This document shows positions 12,675 to 26,120 of a stretch of DNA of 64,000 nt, piece by piece; within the stretch, counting starts at the first letter, position 1; each line of letters begins with the position of its first letter. Position numbers and translations under genes: made by a program. The stretch lies in the NCBI RefSeq assembly GCF_009914755.1, contig NC_060927.1; one strand, written 5' to 3'. The DNA comes from the human T2T-CHM13v2.0 reference genome, Homo sapiens. The notes beneath the pieces were generated by a model. The model was given only the letters and a program-made list of their open reading frames with translations, made no database searches and was not told the DNA's origin.

Positions 12675-13210
12675 TGTCCTACCCTGAGTTCTCTAAGAAG
12701 CAGAGCATGAGACAAAGGCTTGAGTGCCAGTAGGTTTATTTGGGAAGTGATTCCGGGGAGGAGGAGTCGGGGATGGGGATGGGGATGGGGATGGGGATGG
12801 GGATGGGGATGGGAATGGGGATGGGGATGGGGATGGAGACGAGCTTAACAGGGAAGGAGAAAAGCCTAGGTATACTAAGAGTCGTTACTTAGTTGGACAC
12901 CTCGATGGGCAATAAATAACCCCATAGAACATTTTGAGAAGCATATAGCTGAGAATCCAGAACAATTCATCTAGGAATTGAATAGGGGAAATATTTGTAC
13001 ATCAGCTCAGTTCCCTGCTGGTAAGAATGGCCTCGTGGGCATTCCATGCTTTGGCTTGAGTGTGCAAGGAGTCAGAGCTGACCCAGGACAGGAGGCAAGA
13101 GGCAAGTAGCCCAGGGCCAAGACCCAAGAGAATGCATTGTCAGTCTGCACCTACGTGAAACAGAAGGCTGGGTTGACCTCAGGGGCATAGCAGCAGGTGC
13201 AGTAAGAGGT
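12675..13210 (-). mobile_element. ERVL LTR (LTR33-like)
   Basis: AGAAGCAGAGCATGAGACAAAGGCTTGAGTGCCAGTAGGTTTATTTGGGAAGTGAT matches the antisense R/U5 end of LTR33-family elements; right boundary approximate. Confidence 0.6.
12769..12836. repeat. (GGGGAT)11 hexamer microsatellite, G-quadruplex-forming
   Basis: 11 tandem units with one variant (GGGAAT at 12811-12816). Confidence 0.97.
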
Positions 13211-13611
13211 AGGGCCAAGATGATGTGAAGTGGTATACAAGAGGGGTGCAGTGTAGCAAGAAATAATCCTGCAATTCTAAGCAAGTGTGAGACTACTGCA
13301 TGGATCCAGCATCTTCCCAGGGACATCCAAAGGGCTGCCCATGAAGCTCCAGACCAGTGTATAGACATGTCTACACTCAGGGGAAAAAACAGGGGTTTGA
13401 TGGGGAGAAGAGGCAATACTGCTCATAAAAGGGTAGTTTTTACTTGTTTCATTTATAACTTCAACTCCTGCAAACCACAGCAAATTAAACAAAAATAAAT
13501 TTTATTCTTTTCATTATCCACTTATCCCAGAAGGGATTCCTTTCCCAGAATTTCTGCTTAGTTTCTAAAATTAGAAGCACTCATTTGCTTGAGGTGGTTG
13601 CAAATTTAGCT

Positions 13612-13795
13612 CAATGGTTCTCAAAGTGTGGTCCCAAACTAACAGCATCATCACCTGGGAACTTCTAAGAATCTGACATTATCAGACCCTACTCTAGACT
13701 CTTTGAATCAGAAATGCGGGGGGCGGGGGGCCAGTAATCTAGTTCAGTGAGCCCCCCAGGTGATTCTGATGCATACTCAAGTTTGAGAATTGCTG
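13612..13795 (+). mobile_element. MER5A (hAT-Charlie)
   Basis: CAATGGTTCTCAAAGTGTGGTCCC...GAATCAGAAA...CCAGGTGATTCTGATGCA...AAGTTTGAGAA. Confidence 0.88.
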
Positions 13796-13918
13796 CCTAG
13801 AGCACTAAATAAATCCATCATGTGCTCTCAGCCAGGTTTTTAGGACTTTGAATTAGAAATATGGGCATGAAGTAATAAATCAATCTTCACTTTTCTATCA
13901 GCAAATACTAAATATGCT

Positions 13919-14368
13919 TGTATTACATTCCTAGGACTGCCAGAACAGATGATCATAAACCGGTGGCTTAAAACAACAGAAATTTATTCTCACTCAGTTT
14001 TGGAGCCCAGAAAGCGTCAGCAGGGCCACAGTCCCTTCCAGGGTTCTAGGGGAGAATCCTTCCTTGACTCCTCCAGCTTCTGTTGGCTTCTGGCATCCCT
14101 TGGCTCTGGCTGCGTAACTCCAATAGCTGCCTCGTCTTCTGATGGCCTTCCCCTCTGTGTGTCTCTGGGTCTGTTTGTCTCTCTCTCCTTTCTCTTATAC
14201 CACCACCAGTCATTGAATTTAGAGCCCACACTGAATCCAGGATGATCTCGTCTGGAGATGCTTAACTTAATACATTTGCAAAGGCTCTATATAAGCTCAC
14301 ATTGACAGCTACTGTGAGGTTAAGACTTGGGACATATCTTTTTGGGGATCAAAATTCAATCCACTACA
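13919..14368 (-). mobile_element. MLT1 (MaLR) solo LTR
   Basis: TGTATTA..TCCTAGGACTGCC...GGTGGCTTAAAACAACAGAAATTTATTCTCAC...ATTCAATCCACTACA is an antisense MLT1 with its poly(A) signal (TTTATT 13983-13988). Confidence 0.85.
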
Positions 14369-17087
14369 ATGTCTAACATGCTGGAATCCAACATCTTTAT
14401 AAAGTTCCTTATTCACCTTTTTTTTAAAAAACAGGTAAGCAAACATAAAATCCACAACCACTTGATCACTTTTTTCTCCTCTGTAGGCAATGCCAATAGA
14501 ATCATATGTAACTAGGATGTCTATTTACCAGCTTGGTGTACAAACGTTATCACTCCACACTGATGTTGACTCCTTGTCCCTGACTGCTCAAATTAGCCCC
14601 TGTCCCTCCCTCACCCCATATGCTAAAGAAGCATACTAATTAATCACACCCAATGCCTGCTTTCTCACAGGTGATACTTGCACCAGTGAAGCTGAAGATC
14701 ACAATTACTGCCTCAAATACTCACTGCCCTGGAAACCGGCCACCTCTGCTCCAAAGCAAGGGCTTGCTATGTGCTGACCTTGTGTCCCAGGCTCCACCCC
14801 TGCTGCTTGTTCCAACGTCTTGCTCTCTGTCTTCCTCCAATCCGACTGCAGTGGGGTTGGCAAGTGTAGGTGTGGGGGTGGGAGTGGAGATGTGGGTGGG
14901 GGTCTTTTCTCTACCACATTACCGAAGCATGGCTACAGGCTCTCTCAACTTATGCATAAGCCCAGACATACTCCAGGTCCTCCCACTGAGCCACTTCCTT
15001 ATTTCTGTGTGGCACAGGTCCACCCGGCTGTACAATTCCAAGGGGCACCATTCACATCATATTCTCTGAGAATGGTGCCCTCACACACCATACACAACAA
15101 CAGCCCTGACACAGCCAGGAAACTGATTCCTCCCGTGGAACCTCCTAATGCCTCTTGGCTTGACTCACCTCCAGCCTGACTGTGAGGAAAGTTCTGTCAT
15201 CCCCCAAGAGTGACTTATAGTCCAAGTTCGCTGGTAATGGGGCCATCCATTCCCTTCAGGGAAAGCTCCACCCCAGGAAGACAATTCCCAAAAGCTCTGA
15301 CATTCTAAGAGGTCCCAAACTAAATGCTATTCAAGCTTGCCCAATCTTATTATCCTGGTTACAAGTATAACAATTAAAAGACATTTGTAGACATTACAGT
15401 GTTGGGAACAAATATAGCTTTTTAAAAAAGGAAAGTAAACTTACTCATGTGCTTGCCAAGTCTCAATCAAAAGGTGCCATATGGAAATGGTATAAATATG
15501 ATTGGCCTCCAGCACTGGCCAACTTTGAATCTCCCTGGAGCTCACAGATGGGATGCCACATGGATTAGATCCAAAGGCTTGGTAATTTGGTCCTCGTCCT
15601 TTCCTAGATAGTTCTCGCTGGAAGAGAGTGAGAGGAAACAATATGGTGTTCCACTGGAAAATAAATGGAGGCCTGTCTGTCTGCAGTGCAACCAGTGTTT
15701 CAAAAAAGACCTCCCCTTCTCCCTCCACACTTCTAAACTAGCCCCAGCAGAGCTGGCTCCCAGGTGTAGAAGTGGGTGATGAATGTCACCTGAAAATTAA
15801 GAAGCTGAATAGGAGCAAGGGCAGGAAGGAGTAGCAACCAGAGTCAACCACACCGGCCCATTTTCTTTCTTTCCTTTGTTCGGCCTACTAGGGCTTCATT
15901 TGTACCCACTCACCTCTTAGTAAAGGAGCACTTCTCTTTGCCTCTCAGGTGTCATACCTTTTCCTATCTGGGGCCTAAAGAGAGCAACAAACTGTTCACA
16001 TGCACACAATTGTCAAGGGGCGGAGCTAAGATCTACAATGTGAACAGTCAGAATCTGTGGCATGGTTCCCTTGAAAGTGATCCCGGGCTCCCAGAAGACC
16101 ACAGCTCCTGAAAGAGGCATCCCATTGAATACCAGCAAAATACTCTCCCTCCTGGTTGGTTCCAGGTTGTTCTTCCCATTGCCCATCTTCAATAGTTTCA
16201 CCACCCTGCCTCTTTTCACCACTCTTTCCAGCTTTTTTTCCCCACATCTTCCCATCTGATGCCAAATGTCCTGGGCAAATGGAACATGGAACACTTCAGG
16301 ATCTCAACTTCCCTTGCTCAGATTGAAGCCACACTTTCTCTGACCTCAGGATTCAGTTTTTTATTTTTTTCTACCCCAAAATTATACTGCATATTCCTGC
16401 CAGGGTAAGCTTTCTGCAAAACACATTGAATCCATCTGTGCTCCTGCATGAGAAGCTTTGAGGCTCCTCACTGCCCAGAAAATAAAGCTGGAGCTCCTTT
16501 GTATGACACCCAAGACCTTTTGCTATCTATTCATCTATTTCCTCAACCTTGTCTCCTAGAACCTGGGATCCAAGCCACACTCAAGTCACAGTCTTTCCTG
16601 AACACATCACAGCATTTTATGCCTATGAGCTGCCTTTTCACTCCATCTCCCCCTGCTGAACTCTTACACATCCTTCAAAAGAAACTCAGATAGTTCCTTC
16701 AAAAAATCATTATGACTATTTCTCTTCTTAGATTGACTCATCAAGACTAGAGCTATATCCTTTTAAATATGTCTGCTGCCCAATGCAGTCGCTGGCACAC
16801 AGTAGGCTCTTCATGAGATTTTATTAAGAATGTTTTATTGAGCACCTACTATGGGTCAGGCTCCCTCCTAGGCCCCAAAGGTATAGAAATATAATAACCA
16901 ACACTCTTAGGATGCTCCTTGGGGCAAAATGAGGAATGTCCTCTCTTATATCACAGAATCCTCACTTCTTTATAATTGACTCACAGCACCTAAGATATGT
17001 ATTAGTGGTGGCTGTTACATGCATGTTTTTCCAGTCACATATGCCTCATTCTAGCCACAAGCTTGTTTCTAAGAAATAGGTAAGTGA

Positions 17088-17430
17088 GGCTGGGTTCAGT
17101 GGTTCAAGCCTGTAATCCCAGCACTTTGGGAGGCTGAGTTGGGCGGATTGCTTAAGCCCAGGAGTGTGAGACCAGACTAGACAATAATGGCAAAACCCCA
17201 TCTCTACAAAAAGTACAAAAAAGCCAGGTGTGGTGGCACACATCTATAGTCCCATCTACTCTGGAGGCTGAGGTGGGAGAATCACTTAAGCCAGGAGGCA
17301 GAAGTGGCAGTGGGCCAGTAGCAGATAGCACCACTGCACTCCAGCTAGGGTGACAGAGCAAGACCCTGTCTCAAAAAGCAAACAAACAACAACAACAATA
17401 AACCAAAAAGAAAACAAAACAAAACAAAAC
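17088..17430 (+). mobile_element. Alu (AluJ-type) with (CAA/CAAAA)n tail
   Basis: GGCTGGGTTCAGTGGTTCAAGCCTGTAATCCCAGCACTTTGGGAGG; J-type GCTTAAGCCCAGGAG. Confidence 0.93.
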
Positions 17431-20259
17431 ACAAAAACCAGAAACAGTAAATAAGTGAAATTTTTATAAAACTTTCACTAACAAGCCCTTAAACCGAAAA
17501 TATTGTTGGTGGACTTATTACAATACATTAAATCTATCTGCTTTGGTAGATACATATAATTCCTGAAAAAAACAGATCCTTACAAATGTGTAGCCAGTGT
17601 ATCGTGTGTGCACACATGCATGCATGCAGCCATGTTATTAACATTCTTTGGTGTACAATGGGGCAGGCCTTGGGTCCAATTATGTTCCCAGGATCCAGGG
17701 TGCAGCTGAATGCAGAACCTCTACTACACAGGTGTCATCCTTGGCTACTTAATTGTTAAACTACTTTCCTTTGTGACGGCAGATGATGGATGCAAGAGAG
17801 AGAAGGTCTATTTACAACCAACTTTTCTTTCTCATGATACTGCCTCAGAGAAGAGAGTAAGAGGAGCAAAATCAAATATTCAATAGAAATAGTAAAATGG
17901 AATTGATCTGCCTACACAAAATATAGATGATTCCCTTAATTTCACTCCATTGAACATGATATATACAAAAATTAACAAACACCTACTGCTTAGAAGTCTG
18001 CTCCTTAGGGCAATCATTTGAGAAGGTTATAGAGTATTCTAGGCCCAAACTAGAAATGGGCTTTTCCCCTGCTGCGGTCATAATCGTTGACAAAGACCCA
18101 TCTGCAGAAGGCAGGGAGATATGTCCTATCCAGATTTCAAACTTGTAGACCTATCAGTTTTGGAAACTGGAGGAGCCTGTGACCTCCCTCTTCCTTCTTT
18201 TCCCTTTTCCCTGTAGCTGACTCACACTCTCAGCTGAAATCTGAGTTCAGAAAGTTCTGCATGCTTGCCTTGCTGAAGGTAACACAGAGCCTCCTTTTCC
18301 CAAGCACTATCAACATTTTGGAAGTGTTTTCACTCATTTTTATACCTGTTATTTACCTGGATGGCCTAGCAGATAGAAAGAAGAAGCCTTGCTGTCCCTC
18401 GTGGGTCACAGGCACATGTTCAAGGCAGGGGAGGAGGCAGCAAGAAGAGGAAGAGGCCCCAGGAACAGAGCAAAAGAAGACCTGGAGATCCCCCACATCC
18501 CTGCTCCTTGGGATCCTATTTCTTTCCAGGCTTCTACAGCTTGTTCTTTGCAGGGAACTTTACTCCCCACTCTAACTAAGGATTTTATTTGCAGCTGTCA
18601 GCATGCAAGGCTGAAATCTTGTTTGTGCCCTGGGTTGGTGTGCCCTGGGTTATTATGCTCAGCTGTCAGCCTTAGCCTTTTAAAAAACAATTCACTTACA
18701 GGATTGTTTGGATGGCATTAATTTGCAGAACGAATTGCTGGGAAGAGGAGGAGGTGGAGGAGGACTGCCCCGATGATGTCAGGAAGACTCTCTGGAGAGC
18801 ACATGTTTCTGGGTGACATATATCTCCTGGGTGAGGTTGGGTGTACTCAAAATACTGGCTGAGCATTTGAGAGGCCACAGAGGTGCAAAGGCAGAACTGG
18901 AGACTGGAGAAAACCTCCCTCCATCCCAGCTCCTTGAGGGTGGTCAGCTTGTATTTACAGCTGTTCGGTGACCCTAGAGGGGGCTGAGGGAGGAAAGCAT
19001 TGGCAGGAGAGGGGTCATTAGCAGCTACGCATTTGTCCTGCTGCCCTTCTGAGTGTTGCTCAATGCTTAGATACTGCTCCGTGTGGTCTCACGCAGTGCT
19101 TTGAGCAACACATCGAGGAGGAAGGAAACTTTTTTTCTTGAGTCCTTTGCCCAGTTCAGTGCTGACTTCAGTTAGGACTGTTGGGAGCATTTCTCTGGAG
19201 ACACGGTGACCCTTTTGAAAATACTCAAAAGTTCTGAGCTCCGGTCTGAGGACATTTAACACAGGGCAGGATACCAGTTCATCTCCAAACCACCTATGGC
19301 AGAAAACAGCAGGGAGTGAACCTAGGAAGAGATCAAGACACGCTCTCACAAGGAAGCAGCACAAATGCTCATTTCTTAAGAATGAGGTTGGGCAAGTCAG
19401 GAGGGTAGGAACCCTCTGCTCAGTCAAACAAGAACTAGGGAGATGGGAATGTCCAAGGGGAGGCAGTAGAAGGGTAAAGCAAGGCAGGCAGGTGAGTCAT
19501 CAAGGGCTCTGGGGAAGTGGGATTTGTTGAGGTGAAGCATTGCTGCACTATGGACCTTCTGCCATGCTTTAACTTTTATACCAGGTAACTAGATATCTGG
19601 GACATTTCCTTTTGCAGGCCAAACTCTGGCTTTTAAAAAAGATATGTAAGAAAAGCAAAGCAAGGTTCCGTGAAGATAGGAGATTTGACTGACTTATTGT
19701 CTTATCCTCAGATTTAGAATAATGCACGCAGTGGGTGCTCCATAAATATCTGAGGAATGAGCAGGCTGCCCAGTGAATTCAGTGCAGGGATTTTCTTCTA
19801 CAGCCTCTGTTTTTCTATGAAAGGGGAAAGTGTCCTCCATCTTTCAAAGGGAACACTTGGGGTTACTAAGGGCTCTATGCAATACATACTTTTTGTATGG
19901 GTCATTTTAATTGTTTAGTTATTTTATTCCTTTCGTTCAGCAAATATTTATTGTGCAGTTAGTACTGTATAGGTAATAAGCTTAGTATATGTGAATACAA
20001 TGGTAAGCAAAATAGACTGTGTGCACCGTGCAGTCTCATAGGCTGTAGTTCTCTGAGACCATTATTAGAATTCCAGGTTTTAATTAACTGATCAGTTTAA
20101 CCAAGCCAAAGCAACCTACCAAACCAACAAACAAAAAAACTACATCCAAAGCACTGGCCCCTTTGAACTTCAGAACTTCTCATGAACATCAGACGATACA
20201 CATGACTCAGTCCTCTAGGTTAGAAAGAACCTTGAGAGGACATTTTAGACTGGCCCTTA

Positions 20260-20645
20260 TGTATTAGTCACAATAGGCTGGGTTATGCTGCAGTAAAAAA
20301 TTAACGCTGAAATCTCTTCAATTTAAGACAACAAAGGTATATTCCTTGTTTAAGCAAAGCTCCTTATGGATGGCTGCTTCCACACAGTGACTCAGAGATC
20401 TAGTCTGCTTCTATCTAATGATTCAGCATCTAACTATGTGGCATCCATGTTACCATGACTTGAGATCAAAGACTGTAGGCAAATGCCTAGAGACTGTCCA
20501 CTGTCTTAGTCTGGAAGTGACACATCCACTTCCCCTCACAGTTCTTTGGCTAGGACTAGTCACATGACCACATGCAACTGGGAGGGGGCTGGGAGGTGGG
20601 TGGGAACACATGGATATTTGATGAGCAGTAAATATCTCAGCCACA
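20260..20645 (-). mobile_element. Old MLT1 (J/K-like) MaLR LTR
   Basis: TGTATTAGTCACAATAGGCTGGGTTATGCTGCAGTAA...GGAAGTGACACA...CTAGTCACATGACC. Confidence 0.7.
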
Positions 20646-23222
20646 CTCATTCTTTACACAAAACTCCCCCTGAATTATCATTCTGAAGAACTGAGAAACA
20701 ACATTGAAACAATTGATAGATGAGATGTAGAGAATAGATTTTTCAAATAAATGAGTCAATTTCCTTTCTAGGCTATTTATCTGAGACTAATTTGGAAATT
20801 AAAGGAATATAGTTAGTTATTCCTCTTTCTAGGTCAGAGGAATTCACTATTGACTTTCTTGTACATCCATCATTCTTTGATTTCTTTCTTAGGTCAGGAA
20901 AACTTCATCTTATGCTGCATATTTTCAGGTGGTAAGGTTTATTTTTTCATCCTGGTAAAAAGAGATAACACTCTAGATTGTAAATTTGTTTTATTTTCTC
21001 TTAAAACTCTATGGTAGTAGCATTACCTGCCTTCCGAGGGTTTCCTTTGCAACCCTTTGTCTACTGGACTCCTATTTATAATAAATATTTAGCGGATTGT
21101 GTCTGAAATGTTAGAATAACATTTGCTTTTTCTAGAGTCACTTTTTGTTACTGGATAGAAAGCATCAACTTGTTTCTTTGTGTTTCTTCTGCCATTGGGG
21201 CTTTTATTAAATTAAATGTTGTAGCATGTCATTTATTTCTAATTCAGCGGCAGATTTTTGCCTAAGTGTGCCCTGATTGTGTCCTTGCTTGCTCAGGCAC
21301 CTTCTCCAATAAACTATAGTCTTGCAATTAGCACTAGACCCATGAAAGAAATATGTTGAAATATGATAATTTATTCCATTTGCTAATATAAGTTTATTCC
21401 TTGGTAGTATTTTCCAAAGCCACATGGATTTGATTATTCTTAAATCTTCACTTCCTAGTGATGGTTCTTTCATTATATTATAAATTATCTGATTATAATT
21501 CAGTGGCATAAACTCTTGACTTCGTGTTTTTTCTTTTTTTTAACTTGCAGTTGATAGTACTTGAAATGTTGGTAGCTTCATTATGGAATCCAAAGACACT
21601 ATTACTCTTTGAAATTGGAAAACGCTATTGCCTAACTGGAGTTTATTAGAAAAGAAACCAATTTGGGGGAAATTCAGTAATGCAAACTTGATCTCAGACG
21701 TAACCACTAATAGGAACTTTGAGTGAAATTTTGCCTTGCAGCGACTTATCCAGAGAGAAAAAGACTTCTCCTTGGAAGGAAGGCTGAAACTTTTTTGTTT
21801 GTTTGTTTTGTTTTTTAGTGTTTCATACTCAAAGGTTTGTAAGGTTAAAGCCATACTCCCTCTTCTTCCTTTTAATTTACTGAACCAGAATTGTTAGGAA
21901 TTTTTCTTTTCACACTCTTTTAAAATTTTTTGAGCATCTACTATGTGTTAGGTCCCAGAAGAAAAGACAGCTGGGCTCTCTACCCCCATGGAGTACTGGT
22001 TCTAATGAGGGGGAAAAGGAAACTCGGAATTACAAGATGTTGCCAGCAGATATGCAGAATCCCAGGGGAGCCCAAGGCAGAGATCCTATTTCTAACTTGC
22101 TGAGACCAGACTTTTCATCCTAGAAGAAGCGTATCTACGTTGAGACCTGAAGAATGAGAAGTAGTTAACCAGGTGATCAATAGGTGGAAAAGGGAAAGTA
22201 GAAATATGAGTACTTTAAGCAGATGGAACAGCAAGTCCAAAGGTCTGGGTGCAAGGGAGAGACCATGATGAGAAACTGAAAGATCAATTTGGCCAGACAT
22301 TCATGGCATTTGTTCATTGTATGCACATTATGCAATGCTTTCCAGCAATTGTGGTTTGTGTGAGGGGGTGACAAGACAGAGAGAAGGTGCCAGACCTGTG
22401 ACCTTGTCTACCATAAAGGATCCTAGAGGGTTTTGGGTCTTGACTCTGAACAACAGACACAACCTTCCCACAGATATCCTCTTACCTGCCATGATGTCAC
22501 CAGCTGGGTGGAATTCATACAGTCCATGAAGTAATAGGAAGAAGACCTCTGTGGTCCCTGCAGCCCGGGAGAAAAGAACTCATTCAGGGCAGAAGCAACA
22601 CGGTCCTGAGGGAGTCGGGGTATTGAGTGAAGCAGAGATGAAAACAAAACAGGACAGAGTGGTGAATTTGATTTACATAATAAGAGCAGGCAAGGAAGAC
22701 TGGCAAGTGTGACAGAAAAGACCTGTGCTCTAAATGTGTTTGGGGGTGGAAGCTGAGAATAGGAAAGAGACAACTCAAGAGACAAGCTGGCATTCACATG
22801 CAGGATAGTGACTGGGCAGCAATGGTGAGAGAGAATTTTTAAATGTCTGCTATGCATTAAGAATTTACCTCCTCCTTCGGTGTTTCCTTGATAGACAGGA
22901 CAGATTTGAAATGCTGAATATAGACTTATAATACTTTCTGGTTGTGTTTGTATTTCTTTGAATGCAGTACTTGGCTGAGAATGGACCAGTTGGAACCCTA
23001 GGGCTCACAGGGTTGTAGAAATTTTCTCATGAGACTGTAGCTTCAACTTGCTAAGCAGAGTGCAGATGACTGTTTAGAAATATAGCCAATAGATAATCTC
23101 AGTTCTTACTCTTGGGTTATTACTAGGATAGTTCCTAAAGAGATACATTTGGGGATGTCTGCCCAGCCCATGAATTTCTGCATCCAAAAAACTGTTCCCT
23201 CACCCATAAGAGCTAGCACTCT

Positions 23223-23561
<339 letters not shown>

Positions 23562-24554
23562 CTAGCACCTAGCACTTCACCCCTGTTCCAACATTGGTCG
23601 ATCAGACCAGGAATGAGTACCTGACCCCAACTGGGCCAATCAGAGTATTTTTTGAGAATAAGATATTAAATGAAGAAGATGGCAACTTGGGAGCTGCAGA
23701 GAACCACATATGTCCATGAGTTCCCCAAAGCTGAAAAAGCAAAGTAATAAAGGGAAAAGATTAAGCAGACTATGGAAGAGAAGCTGAGCTTTAAAACTTA
23801 GGGTAGAAACTTTCTGATCTCTTGGTGGCTTTTCTATTTTGGGCTCCAGGCCCTCAAGAAACTGTTTCCCCTAGCTTCTTGCAAGATACGCGGTATCTTT
23901 GAAACAAACATTATTATTATTATTATTATTTTTGTGGCCCAAGTTAGTGCGAAGTAAGTTTTGATTACTTAAAATCCAAAGAACCTAGCCTAAAAAAATT
24001 GCCCTTTATGGCCCAAATTCTTTAGGTTATTCAGTTTACTTTCTAGTATTTCTAGACCCATCTGTTTGTGAACTTCTTGTGTGTTAAGGACACAAGGCCA
24101 TCCATCAGCCCTGATGATCTGTTTTATCTTCAGAATCAGCCAGCCAAGCAGAGGCAACAAGTATCTGCTAGTATTTTGCTGAGAAAGCTCTTAAATCATC
24201 TTATCTCCTGCTGGGTATAATTGTGTCATTTAATAGCTTAACCATTTCCCCCTAAACTTCAGGCTGTGTTTGCCTTTATTTATCTATTGCATCTACTAAT
24301 GAGCTTTCCTTTTTAGGTTCATGACTGGATGTCTGTCTCCGTCAAAATTGGCTATATTTAGAATTTAGGCTGGGATGGGTTTTCCAAAGGGGCTGGTGTT
24401 TCTCATTCTAAGCTAAAAGTAAAACCAGTATCTACTTTACACATAGGGCAGATGAGTATTTGGGAAGCAGACCCTTCAACCCCAAAGCTCTATAACACAA
24501 ACAGGACTGAGCCCTTAGCATACAAGGACTCACAGAAAATAAAGACTTTCCCAT

Positions 24555-24700
24555 GGTGAGAGGGGTGGCCCTAGATCTCCAAATGTTTATGAAAAATGTG
24601 ATGACCCAGGGCCCTGCTGAATCAGACTCTCTAGGGATGGGGCTGGGGATCCTGAATTGTACATAATCTACCCAGTTAATTTTGATGTGTGAAAACCATT
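24555..24700. mobile_element. MER5-type remnant
   Basis: CTGCTGAATCAGACTCTCTAGGGATGGGGC...TTTTGATG...GAAAACCATTG. Confidence 0.5.
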
Positions 24701-25139
24701 GGCTATGAGCCCAAGTAGCAATTCTCCAATCCAAACATAATTGTTAGACTGTGTTTTACAATAAGCTCACTCTCTTCTTCAGTGCAGCAGTGGTATACTT
24801 CTATCATAAAAATTAAAGCCAATTGAAGTTTGTTCCTTTTTTGATGACTGCCACTCCTGAAAAAAAGTGAACCCACTCCAGATCCTCCAGAATTGGAATG
24901 GAAGTCACTGGCTCAAGTTTCTTTATTCAAACTAATAAGCTTGTTAAGTTCTCTTGAAGCATCAGGGATTAGGGGATGTGTTTTTGTTTGTTTATTTGCG
25001 ATAGGGGCAGGAGGCAGACAAATGTCTAGGCAGATAAGGGTGGGTCTCCAGCAAAACCCCACTTTCAAGCCGGAAATAGTCCTGGGTAAATCCTCAAACT
25101 GGATTGAGAAACTGCCTTCGAACTTGGCACATTTTCCCC

Positions 25140-25142
<3 letters not shown>

Positions 25143-25177
<35 letters not shown>

Positions 25178-25459
25178 TGAGAAGGAATCTTGCTCTGTCA
25201 CCCAGGTTGGAGTGCAGTGGTGCAATCTCAGCTCACTGCAAGCTCCGCCTCCTGGGTTGTCTCAGGCTCTTGTCTCAGCCTCCCAAGTAGCTGGGATTAC
25301 AGGGATGTGCCATCATACCTGGCTAATTTTTGTATTTTTAGTAGAGATGAGGTTTTGCCATGTTGGCCAGGCTGGTCTCAAACTCCTGACCTCAGGTGAT
25401 CTGCCTGCCTCAGCCTCCTGAAGTGCTAGGATTATAGGCGTGAGCCACTGTGCCTGGCC
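25143..25459 (-). mobile_element. Alu (AluS-type) inserted in the LTR
   Basis: Long poly-T then antisense Alu; TSD TTTCCCCTGATT / TTTCCTCTGATT. Confidence 0.95.
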
Positions 25460-25627
25460 GCTTTCCTCTGATTGTTCCCCACCCTTCACCTATTTTACAT
25501 ATACCTACCCTTTCCTAATTGGTTTTCTACACTATCATGCCCACCTTTGAGTGATGTCTTTGCTTTAACCTTTTTTGCCTACTCACAAACCAATCAGGAT
25601 GCACTCCTTATTCTGAGCCCATAAAAA

Positions 25628-25793
25628 ACCTCAGATCCACTGAACCAGAACCTCTTTGAGGAGGACAAGGAGTTTTCATTAAGTTCTGTGGGCATTTTTT
25701 ACACTTAGTAAAGATTCAGGCCTTCCTCCAATGTCTCTAAATCCTATCTAATGCTTACATTAAAAAAAGATAAGAGCATTCTTAGACTAGATA
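25628..25793 (+). repeat. Copy A of a 166-bp local direct repeat (partner 26121-26286)
   Basis: Ungapped alignment to 26121-26286 with 19 mismatches in 166 bp by manual count (~89%). Confidence 0.95.
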
Positions 25794-26120
25794 TGGCTCA
25801 GTGATATTGGGAACTCTCCTGCCTTCAGGTAGGGGGACCACCCCTGCATCCCCTCCCCACCAAGAGCTATTGCATCACTCAATCAAACTTCTCGCCTAAC
25901 TCACTCTTCGAGTGTGTGCGTGCCCAATCCTTCCTGGTGGTGAGACAAGAACCCAGGCCTAAGCTATGGAGCAAAAATACTGCATCATGTGTGTATTTGT
26001 TTCAGAGACTTGGAAGAAAACAAGAAATGCCAAGGCAGAATTTCTTGAGCTGTGATTCTCAAACCACCTAGATCATAAAGATATAAAGGGCACTGTTATA
26101 AAAGCAGATTCTGGGGCTCT

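Larger units (their letters stand above)
13970..22970 (-). ncRNA. Possible minus-strand lncRNA downstream of PRICKLE2 (I recall LINC00994 here)
   Basis: Recalled annotation only; the sole sequence support is the MLT1 LTR AATAAA (minus) at 13983-13988 as a plausible 3' end. Confidence 0.25.
24999..25987 (+). mobile_element. ERV1-class solo LTR (MER50/LTR9-like), interrupted by an Alu and a 166-bp foreign insert
   Basis: Starts (C/T)GATAGGGGCAGGAGGCAG and ends ...CTGCATCA; CCAATCAG box, CATAAAA TATA-like box at ~25620, degenerate poly(A) signal AATCAA followed by U5-like sequence. Confidence 0.75.
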
